From Anaeramoeba ignava BMAN (taxonomy: Eukaryota > Protista > Anaeramoebae), in NCBI GenBank assembly GCA_028826165.1, contig JAPDFW010000053.1:372001-436000 (forward strand): a stretch of DNA of 64,000 nt. The letters run 5' to 3'. A model generated the notes under the pieces. That model did no database searches, was not told where the DNA came from, and worked only from the letters and a program-made list of their open reading frames with translations. The position numbers were made by a program, and so were the translations under genes. How positions within the stretch are numbered: position 1 is the first letter of the stretch; each line of letters begins with the position of its first letter. Shown piece by piece: positions 1 through 8,722 of this stretch.

Positions 1-655
1 ATGGAATTATTTTTGTTTTTCAAACTGCTTTTGCTATTTTGAAGTTATTTAGAAGTAAAATTAAAATTAAAATTAAAATTAAAATTAAAATTAAAATTAA
101 AATTAAAATTAAAATTAAAATTAAAATTAAAAATTAAAATTAAAATTAAAATTAAAATTAAAATTAAAATTAAAATTAAAATTAAAATTAAAATTAAAAT
201 TAAAATAAAATTCTAGATTAAAATTTTTCAAAATTAAAATTTTAAAATTAAATTTAAAAATAAAATTAAAATTAAAATTAAAATTAAAATTAAAAAATTA
301 AAATTAAAATTAAAATTAAAATTTAAAATTAAAATTTAAATTTAAATTTAAAATTAAAATCGGATAAAAATTTAAAATTAAAATCGGATAAAAATTAAAA
401 TTAAAATCGGATAAAAATTTAAAATTAAATTTAGAATCTTTATTGAAAATGGATTTTGAAAAATTATTGGGTTTTTTACAAAATATTCAACTTCAAGAAA
501 TTAAAGAAGAAGAATTAATTTCAACTGCTCTTTCAGTTAATATTTCACATAAAGATTTAGCAATATGGGCTGATGAACATGCAAAACAACTTCAAAAACA
601 AGAAAAAGAAAAAGAAAAAGAAAAAGAAGAAAAACAAGAAAAAGAAAAGAATTAA
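1..655 (+). CDS. TBC-domain (Rab-GAP) protein, 3' end (partial; exons <1-54, 435-655)
   Basis: Splicing GT55..AG434 gives GIIFVFQTAFAILKLFR-KSLLKMDFEKLLGFLQNI..., matching the C-terminal helices of TBC domains (F..A.AILK....LL.MDFE...FL). Stop TAA at 655. Confidence 0.7.
55..434 (+). repeat. Intronic (AAAATT)n microsatellite with three AAATCGGATAAAAA motifs
   Basis: Direct reading; TCGG at 360, 384, 407. Confidence 0.9.
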
Positions 656-981
656 ATTTTTTTTTTCATTTTAAAAATTTAATCCAAAAAAAAAAAAAAA
701 ATTAAATAAATGAAATGGTAAAAAGTAATAGTTTCTTTTTTATTTTTCATTTTGAAATTATTAAAAAAAGTTTCATCAAAAAAAAAAAGAAAAGGAAAAA
801 GAAAAAGAGATTTTTAAATTAAAAAAAATTTTTTTAAATGGTTTTTTTTTTTCATTTTTTTCTCTTTTAAAAGAAATTTTCCATTTATTTTTATTCTTGT
901 TTTAATTATTATTTTTTATTATACTTTTTTTTATTTCTATTGTTTTTATTAGTAAAAAATACAAAAAAAAAATAAATAATA

Positions 982-1485
982 ATGATTCAAGAATCACAAA
1001 ACGAGAAAAATAAGCAAATAAAAAGATCCCAAACTTTCATCTCAACAATATCACTAATTCAAATAATATTATCAATGGTTTATTTATTAAATTATCCCAA
1101 ATTTGCAAGAATATCATTATTTTTTGGAATATCAGGTTTAGTTGGTGTTTGTTGGAAATCAAAAATACTTCTTCTATTTTATCTTGGTTTTCATCTTGTT
1201 TTTTTTGGAATGATTTCAATTCACTTTATTTTTTATTCACCTTTATTTCGCAAGAACGTTTTATCACAATCGGACCAACTTTATGGCTTGTTTGTTCTTG
1301 TTTCTTTGATTTTTGTTTTCTTTCTTAATTTGCAACATTGTTATAAATTACTTCGTCTTGGTTTTGTTAGAAATTCTCCTATTCCTTTACAAATTCCAAA
1401 TTCTGATGATTTTGTATTTCTTAATCAAAATTTTCAACCCTCTCATCTTACAAGAAATTCAACTCACTCAACATTCGATGTTTGA
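982..1485 (+). CDS. Small multi-pass membrane protein (about 4 TM), 167 aa
   Basis: Single ORF ATG-TGA with four hydrophobic segments; no family recognised. Confidence 0.6.
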   Translation: MIQESQNEKNKQIKRSQTFISTISLIQIILSMVYLLNYPKFARISLFFGISGLVGVCWKSKILLLFYLGFHLVFFGMISIHFIFYSPLFRKNVLSQSDQLYGLFVLVSLIFVFFLNLQHCYKLLRLGFVRNSPIPLQIPNSDDFVFLNQNFQPSHLTRNSTHSTFDV

Positions 1486-1668
1486 TTTATTTTATCATTT
1501 AAATTATTTTTCTTTTTTTGTTTTTTGTTTAGATTTTTTTCTGAGTATAAAAATTCAATAAATTTTTGATTTAATTTTTTTTATTCTTTTAATTTTATTC
1601 AATCCAAAATGAGTGAAAAATTATTTCACAAAATTTTTTTGAAATAAATTTTTTTGAAATAAATTTAA

Positions 1669-2288
1669 TTATTTATCTGAAAAACATTTTTTAAATAATC
1701 CTGGTTTTGTTTTCTTAAGTTGAGATTTTAATAATTCTTTAATTTCATCATTTGCTGCTAAATCAAATACTGATAAATTCTAATTAATAAATCAATAAAA
1801 TAAATAATAAATATAAAAATAAATATAAAAATAATAATGAAAATAATTTATTACATCCTTTTTTTTATAAATAAATAAATAATGAATTTATTAATAAAAT
1901 AATTTTTGAATTATTTTGTTTACTCGATTTTTTTTTAATATTGAAGCACCAGCATCTAATAATAGTTTCACAATTCTTAAACTTCCTTTTTCAGCAGCAA
2001 GCATAATTGGTGCATCTCCCTTTAAATAATATTTAATTTAATTTAATTTAATTTAATTTAATTTTTTAATAATTTACAAACTAAATAAATAGATTTGAAA
2101 TTTAAAAAAATAATAAAAATATTATTTTTAATGATTTCTACTTTATCTTGTGCATTTAAATTTGCTTTATGTTTAATTAATTTTATAACAATTTCATAAT
2201 GATCTTTAGAACAAGCATAATGAAGTGGTGTATCTTTCTATTTAAAATAAAAAATTAAAATTTAAAATTAAAAATGAAGTTTATTTAC

Positions 2289-2324
<36 letters not shown>

Positions 2325-3658
2325 TAGAGATTTAATTTTATTTATTACTTCCTAAATGAATTTTTAATTTTTAATTTTAAATTTTAAATTTAAATTTTTA
2401 ATAATAAATAATTTACAATCTAAATTAAATTAAGATTAAAAATAAATGGAATCAAAAAAAAAATTATTTTGATTAATTTCAAAATAATTACTGCATCAGG
2501 AATATTTGGATCAGCTTTATTCTTTAATAATTCTTTTACAACACCTAAATGACCTTCTTGTGCTGCTATTAATAAAGGTGTTGCTCCCTTAATTTTAAAT
2601 AAATATAAATATAAATATAAATAATTATAAATATAAAAATAAATATAAAAATAAATATAAATATAAATATAAATATAAATATAAATATAAATATAAATAT
2701 AAATATAAATATAAATATAAATATAAATATAAATATAAATATAAATATAAATATAAATATAAATATAAATATAAATATAAATATAAATATAAATATAAAT
2801 ATAAATATAAATATAAATATAAATATAAATATAAATATAAATATAAATATAAATATAAATATAATTACTTTCTAAAAATATTTAATCAATAAATCAAAAA
2901 AAAAAGGAATTGTTTTAATTATTTAATTATATTAAAAATATTAAGATTACTTTATTTTGAATATTTGGATTTGCTTTATGAGAAATTAAATATTGAACAA
3001 TTTCTGTATGACCTTGTTGACTTGCAATATATAATGCATTTGAACTCTTTATATTTTTTAATTTGAATTTGAATTTAAATTTAAATTTTTAAATCTTTAA
3101 AAATAAAATTACATTCTTTTTTAAATTTTTAAATTTTTAAATTTTTAAAATGAATTTAAAAAAAAACTTTTATTATATATATATATTACATTATTTCTAT
3201 GATTAACATTAGCTCCATAATGTGCTAATATTTTCATAATTTCTAAATTTCCAATTTCAACAGCCATTAAAAATGGACTCCATCCCTAAATAAATAATTA
3301 ATTAAATAAATAATAAATAATAAATTAACTATTATATTATTTATTATTAATTTTACATCCTGTTTTTTAAAATTATTATTTAAATTTGTTATTTAAAATT
3401 GTGGTTATTTTGTTATTTAAAATTGTGGTTATTTTGTTATTTTTTTTTACTTCATTTTCAAAATTAATATTTGCTCCTTCTTTAATAATTTTTCTTATAG
3501 ATTTAATATCTTGTTGTCTAATTGCATTTTCAAGGTTTTTATCCTTTTATTTTATTTTATTTTAATTTATTTTATTTTATTTTATTTTTTGAAATTAATA
3601 ATTTTATAAAAAATTTTTTGTTTTTTAAATTTAAAGTTTTTATTACTTTTTCTTCCAT
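1669..3658 (-). CDS. Ankyrin-repeat protein (~237 aa) with 3-nt microexons
   Basis: Exons 3658-3647, 3543-3451, [3359-3357], 3285-3190, [3115-3113], 3046-2951, [2871-2869], 2587-2492, [2419-2417 and/or 2351-2349], 2237-2142, [2080-2078], 2019-1924, [1857-1855], 1779-1669; all introns phase 0 GT-AG. Translation: MEEK DKNLENAIRQQDIKSIRKIIKEGANINFENE[D]GWSPFLMAVEIGNLEIMKILAHYGANVNHRNN[N]SSNALYIASQQGHTEIVQYLISHKANPNIQNK[K]GATPLLIAAQEGHLGVVKELLKNKADPNIPDA[I/E]KDTPLHYACSKDHYEIVIKLIKHKANLNAQDK[F]GDAPIMLAAEKGSLRIVKLLLDAGASILKKNR[D]NLSVFDLAANDEIKELL... Confidence 0.9.
1855..1857 (-). other. 3-nt microexon GAT (Asp)
   Basis: aag|GAT|gtaata; flanking introns 66 and 75 nt. Confidence 0.85.
2078..2080 (-). 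other. 3-nt microexon TTT (Phe)
   Basis: tag|TTT|gtaaat; flanking introns 61 and 58 nt; gives QDK-F-GDAP. Confidence 0.85.
2349..2351 (-). other. 3-nt microexon GAA (Glu), second of a pair
   Basis: tag|GAA|gtaata; flanking introns 65 and 111 nt. Confidence 0.75.
2417..2419 (-). other. 3-nt microexon ATT (Ile), first of a pair
   Basis: tag|ATT|gtaaat; flanking introns 72 and 65 nt. Confidence 0.7.
2600..2862 (+). repeat. Intronic (ATATAA)n microsatellite
   Basis: Direct reading; lies in intron 2588-2868 of the minus-strand ankyrin gene. Confidence 0.9.
2869..2871 (-). other. 3-nt microexon AAA (Lys)
   Basis: tag|AAA|gtaatt; flanking introns 79 and 281 nt (the latter repeat-expanded). Confidence 0.85.
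3113..3115 (-). other. 3-nt microexon AAT (Asn)
   Basis: aag|AAT|gtaatt; flanking introns 74 and 66 nt. Confidence 0.85.
3357..3359 (-). other. 3-nt microexon GAT (Asp)
   Basis: cag|GAT|gtaaaa; flanking introns 91 and 71 nt. Confidence 0.85.
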
Positions 3659-3932
3659 TTTTAATTTTATTTTTAATTTTATTTTTATTTAAATCAAAAT
3701 AATAATGAAATAAAAATGAAATTTAAATTGAAAAAAAAAATGAAAAAAAATGAAAAATAAAAATTAAATTTTTTTTTTTGAAAGTTTTTTTTTTCCAATT
3801 TTTTAAATTAATTTAATTAAATATTCTTTAACAATTTTATTCCACTTTTTATTTAAATTAAATTTTAATTTTTTAATTTTTAATTTTTTCATTTTTTTTT
3901 TCAATTTATTTTTTAAAAAAGAATTAATTAAA

Positions 3933-6900
3933 ATGGATTTTTGGAATGAAGTTCATAAAGGAAATTTTTCAAATTTAAAACTTTTTATTGAAGAAAATCC
4001 TTCTTATTGTCAATTAAAAAATGTAAAAAAAAAGAAATAAAACAAAATTTAAATTATTTTTCTCATTTTCTTTCTTTTATTTTTTTTTAAAATAGCATGT
4101 AAATTTATAAATTAAAATTTAAAATTTCTTTTTTTTTTTAAAAATAAAATTAATAATAAAATTAAATAGGGATTATCAATTTTAGATCATGCTTTTAGAT
4201 GTAATCAAAGTTATGAAATGATTTCATATTTAATTGAAAAAGGAGCTCGATTAACTGTTTGAATTTTTAAATTTATTTTTTAAAATTATTTTTTATTAAT
4301 TTATTTTTTATTTTTAGATTTTTGATATTCCTTTTACATCTCTAAATTTTGAACAGAAAATAATTGATCTTATATTTAATTCACATAAATTTGGAATAGA
4401 TGTATTATTTATTTATTATTTATTTATTGTTATTTATTTATAAAAATAAAAATAAAATTAAAAAATTAGGAATTAAATTTAATTTTAATTTCTCAATTTA
4501 AAAATGAAAAAACACCAATTGAATTAATTGAAATTATTTTAAAAAAAGGAGCTAATCCAAATATTGAAAATGTAAATCAAAATTAAAAAAAAAATTTACA
4601 AAAAGAAAGAAAAAAGATTTATTAATTATTTTATTTTGTTATATTTTTATATTTAGAAAGATCCAAAAGTAAACTTAAAAATAATTTATTTTTTAATTAA
4701 GATTTATTTTTTGATATAAATTTTACATCTTTTCTTTTTTTTAATAATAAAATTATCAAATTATCAAATAATAGAAAACAACACCATTATTTTATTTATT
4801 AAATAATCAAAAATATGAAGGAGATAATAATAAAGAAGAAAGACTTAATAAACTTCAATTACTTATTAAATATGGAGTTGATGTTAATAAAACAAATCCT
4901 GTAATTTTAATAACAAAAATAAAAATAAATAATAATTATTAATAATAATAAATTAGGATGTAAATAATAATAAAATAATAAGATTCATATTTTTATTTTA
5001 TTGAAATAAATTTAAATAAATTAGGGATTAAGACCATTAAATTTTGTACTTTCTTCTAATTTAGGATATGAATTTGTAGAATTATTATCAAAATCAGGAG
5101 CAAATTGGGAAAAAGAAGATGTTTGATTAATTTATTTTATAAAAAATTAATTCCTTTTTCTATAAAATTAATTCCTTTTTCTTTTTCTTTTTCTTTTTTT
5201 TGGATAAAGTTTGATATGTTTCCTTCATTTGTTTATAGTATCGAATATGTAAAGTTATTTTGTGAAAAAATTCCAGATATTAATTATGTGAATGAAGTAA
5301 GATTCAAATTACAACAAAAATAATTAAATATTTTATTAAAATTAAAAATAAAAATAAAACAAAGAATGTAAATTTTTAATTATTATTTAGATTTGAATTT
5401 GAATTTAATTTTTTTTATGAATAAAATGAATAGAATGAAACAATTCTTCATAAAATTTTACGATATAATCAAAAAAAAGAAATAGTGACTATTTTACTTG
5501 AAGCTGGAGCAAATCCTAATTTACAAAATATAGTAAAATATTAATAAATTAAATATTTAAAATTATTTTGTTTTTATTATCGTTTTTTTGGAAATAAATA
5601 GAATGTAAATTTAAAAATATTTTAATTAAAATTTAAATTTAAATTAAAAATATAATTAGGGATTTACTAGTCTTCATATTATAGTTTCAAATTATTGTAA
5701 TGAAGATATATTTAGATTATTATTATTAAAATATGGAGCAGATATTTCAATAAAAAATGTAATTCAAAAATTCAATCAAATTCAAAATAAAATTAATTCA
5801 AAATTCAAAATTCAATTAGAATAAAGGAGAAACACCACTTGATATTATTGCTTCATATTCTTATAATTTTTCTGAAAGATTTTATATTCTTGAAGAATTT
5901 GGATATAAATTTGATTTTAATGAAGTAAATAAAATTCAAAATTAAAAAAAATTATTATTTTAATAATTATAAAATTATTATTTAGAAACCACCATATATT
6001 TTTCGATGTTTTCCTTTTCTTCATCGAATTGAACCCAAATCATTTGAAGTAGTTAAGAAATTAGTTGCTCTTGGAGCAGATATTAATGAAGTTCATGATG
6101 TATTTGAATTTAAATTTAAATTTGAATTTGAATTTGAATAAAATTAAAATATTTTTTTTCTTCTTTTAGGAAAATTGTGTTCTTAATTTATTTGATCCTT
6201 ATAGTGTCGATATTTCTGATTTAAAAACACTTTTTGATCTTGGATTTGATTATAAAAAACTAGTTAAATCTAAATTTAAATTTTAATTTTGATTTTCAAT
6301 TTAATTTTATTAATATTAATTACTTTTTAGAAAGGAAAAATTTCTGATAATCCAATTGCTGTTAGATATGGTTATTCTTCTCGAAAATCAAATTCCATTA
6401 GAAAAATTTAAATTTTTAGTTGAAAAAGGTTTTCCAATAGAATTTGTAAATTAAAAATATACAAAAAAAATAATATTATTAATAATTTAATATCTTTTTT
6501 TTATTGGAATAAAAGGATTCTCATAAACCAATCATATTTGAGTTTTTAAAGTTTTCTAACCCAAAAGAAGCATTAGAAACAATTTTAGATTGTGGACTTA
6601 ATCCAAATATTCATAATTATGTAAAAGAATATTATTAAAATATTTTATTTTTGAAAGAAAAAAAAAAAGGAAATTAAATTTAATCAAATTTAATCAAAAA
6701 TAGGATAATCAAGGAATATTTTCTTGGATATATGATAGAATAAAAAACAGAGCAGAACTTTTTAAAATATTAATTGATAGAGGAATTGATATTGAATCCC
6801 AAAAAAAAGTATTTAAATTATCTTTATATATAAATATATAAATATATATTGATTTCTTTTAAAAAAATTAAAAAAAGGATTCATCATTTAAAAAAATGGA

Positions 6901-7660
6901 AGCTAAATATATTGATTTAATTGAAAAATATGGAAGTATTATGGAAGATTTTAATGAACTTTTTAAAAGAAAAGAATTTTGTGATTTTAATATTTCAGTT
7001 GAAGATGGAACAATTCAAACACATAAATTAATTCTTGAAATGAGAATTGGAAAAGAAAAAATAACAAAATTTTTGGAAAAATGTGAAACAAAAAACCAAG
7101 AAGAAATCAAACCATTAGTTCAATTCATTTATTCAGGATTAGCAAATGGAAATGAATATGAAAAAATAGTAAATTTATGTGAAGAATTTGAAATTGATTT
7201 TAATAAGAAAAAAGGAAAAAAAGGAATAATTGAAGATTTAAAGAAATTATATGAAGATGAAGAAAGTAAAGATTTCACATTTAAATTTGATGAAAAAAAT
7301 CAATTCAAAGTTCATAAATTGATATTGATTACAAGAAGTGAATTATTTAGAAACATGTTTTTATCTGTTAATGATTCAAGTAATTGTGTTCAAAATTATT
7401 CATCCTTTTCATTGAAATCTTTGCAGATTTTCTTTGAATATTTATACACAGATCAAATTTCTTTTCAACCATCATTATTTTTAATGAGAGAACTTAAAAC
7501 AATACCTATTTATTTCCAATTAAATCCAAAATCATATTTTAGTCTTCAAATTGAAGAAATTCGATATTATTTACGATCTAAATTATTTCATCCAGATAAA
7601 GTGAAACAGAATCCAAAACCAGAGAAAAAACATATTCATCTTGATCATGATTTTATTTAA
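3933..7660 (+). CDS. Ankyrin-repeat + tandem BTB/POZ protein, intron-dense, with microexons
   Basis: Exons 3933-4022, [4096-4098], 4170-4256, 4318-4401, 4470-4571, [4657-4668], 4775-4900, [4957-4959], 5025-5120, 5210-5296, [5365-5367], 5434-5532, [5602-5604], 5660-5758, 5820-5924, 5986-6099, 6170-6262, ~6331/6335-6445, 6516-6620, 6704-6808, 6878-7660; phase-0 introns. Ankyrin motifs GETPLD, NETILH, GFTSLH, GANPN; last exon has two BTB motifs (FCDFNI..HKLILEMR; KDFTF..VHKLILITRSELFRNMF). Confidence 0.85.
4096..4098 (+). other. 3-nt microexon CAT (His)
   Basis: tag|CAT|gtaaat; flanking introns 73 and 71 nt. Confidence 0.8.
4657..4668 (+). other. 12-nt microexon (KDPK)
   Basis: tag|AAAGATCCAAAA|gtaaac, at the same ankyrin hairpin position. 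Confidence 0.75.
4957..4959 (+). other. 3-nt microexon GAT (Asp)
   Basis: tag|GAT|gtaaat; introns 56 and 65 nt; gives TNP-D-GLRPL. Confidence 0.85.
5365..5367 (+). other. 3-nt microexon AAT (Asn)
   Basis: aag|AAT|gtaaat; introns 68 and 66 nt; gives VNE-N-NETILH. Confidence 0.85.
5602..5604 (+). other. 3-nt microexon AAT (Asn)
   Basis: tag|AAT|gtaaat; introns 69 and 55 nt; gives QNI-N-GFTSLH. Confidence 0.85.
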
Positions 7661-7832
7661 AATTTAATTTAAAATTTAATTTAAAATTTATTCCACTTTT
7701 TTTTTTTCTTCTTTTTTTTTCTTCTTTTTCAAAAAAATAAAAATTAAAATCAAAAAATCAATAATTCAAAAATTTTTTGAAAGGAAAATTGATTTATTTT
7801 TTTTGAATCATTTTTCAATTCTTTTTTTTTTA

Positions 7833-8135
7833 ATGAAATTATTCTTTTTTTTAATTTTATTAGGTTTATTTTCTTTTGTTTCAAGTGATTGTTCATGGGT
7901 AGACCAGAATTCAAGTTATGAATCAACTTGTTTGTCAAGTCCTTGTTGGTGGTGTGGAGATAATTCTTCTGGGATTTGGGGTTATTCTTGTAATGATAAA
8001 CAAGGTTGGACTTGTGCACAACTTAAGGTATCAGAGTACGATGATGGTCCTTGTGAAGTTTTTGCTTGTAGTTTTGGTTCAATTCTTTCATCAACTTTCC
8101 TTTTATTTACTTCTTTAATTTTCTTACTTTTTTAA
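7833..8135 (+). CDS. Small Cys-rich secreted, putatively GPI-anchored protein (100 aa), copy 1
   Basis: ATG 7833; signal peptide MKLFFFLILLGLFSFVSS, 8-Cys mature domain, hydrophobic C-terminus (S-FGSILSSTFLLFTSLIFLLF). Confidence 0.8.
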   Translation: MKLFFFLILLGLFSFVSSDCSWVDQNSSYESTCLSSPCWWCGDNSSGIWGYSCNDKQGWTCAQLKVSEYDDGPCEVFACSFGSILSSTFLLFTSLIFLLF

Positions 8136-8333
8136 CTATCAAATTTTTTTTTTCTTCTTTTTTTCTTCTTTCTTCTTTTTCAAAAAAATAAAAAATTCAA
8201 AAATTATCTTAAATTTCAAATAAAATTAATCAAAAATAAAAATTAATTAATTCATTTGGCAAATAAAAATAAAAATTTTTGATGAAACAAAATTTTAAGG
8301 AAGATCATTTTTTCCTTTAATTTGTTTTTTTTG

Positions 8334-8636
8334 ATGAAATTATTCTTTTTTTTAATTTTGTTAGGTTTATTTTCTTTTGTTTCAAGTGATTGTTCATGGT
8401 TAGGTACCGATTCAAGTTATGAATCAACTTGTTTGTCAAATCCTTGTTACTGGTGTGGAATTGATTCTTCTGGAACTTGGGGTTATTCTTGTAATAATAA
8501 AGGAGCTGCTACTTGTGCAGAACTTAAGGCAATTAATGACCAATATAATGATTGTCAAGCTTTTGCTTGTAGTTTTGGTTCAATTCTTTCATCAACTTTC
8601 CTTTTATTTACTTCTTTAATTTTCTTATTTTTTTAA
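8334..8636 (+). CDS. Small Cys-rich secreted, putatively GPI-anchored protein (100 aa), copy 2
   Basis: Tandem paralog of 7833-8135; same length and identical Cys spacing. Confidence 0.8.
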   Translation: MKLFFFLILLGLFSFVSSDCSWLGTDSSYESTCLSNPCYWCGIDSSGTWGYSCNNKGAATCAELKAINDQYNDCQAFACSFGSILSSTFLLFTSLIFLFF

Positions 8637-8722
8637 CTATCAAATTTTTTTTTCGCATTTTTCTTTAATCAATTGATCTATTTTTTTCCTTACTCAAAAA
8701 AATAAAATCCAAAACCAACCAC

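Noticed and set aside
2281-2295. Possible third microexon (AAT|gtaaat on the minus strand)
   Set aside because: No AG acceptor; it is preceded by a (TA)n tract. At most a decayed cassette.
6331-6400. Frame conflict in an ankyrin-BTB exon (acceptor 6330 versus 6334)
   Set aside because: Resolved either by the downstream AG at 6333-6334 or by a 1-nt homopolymer error near 6384-6387; it cannot be decided and is not evidence of recoding.
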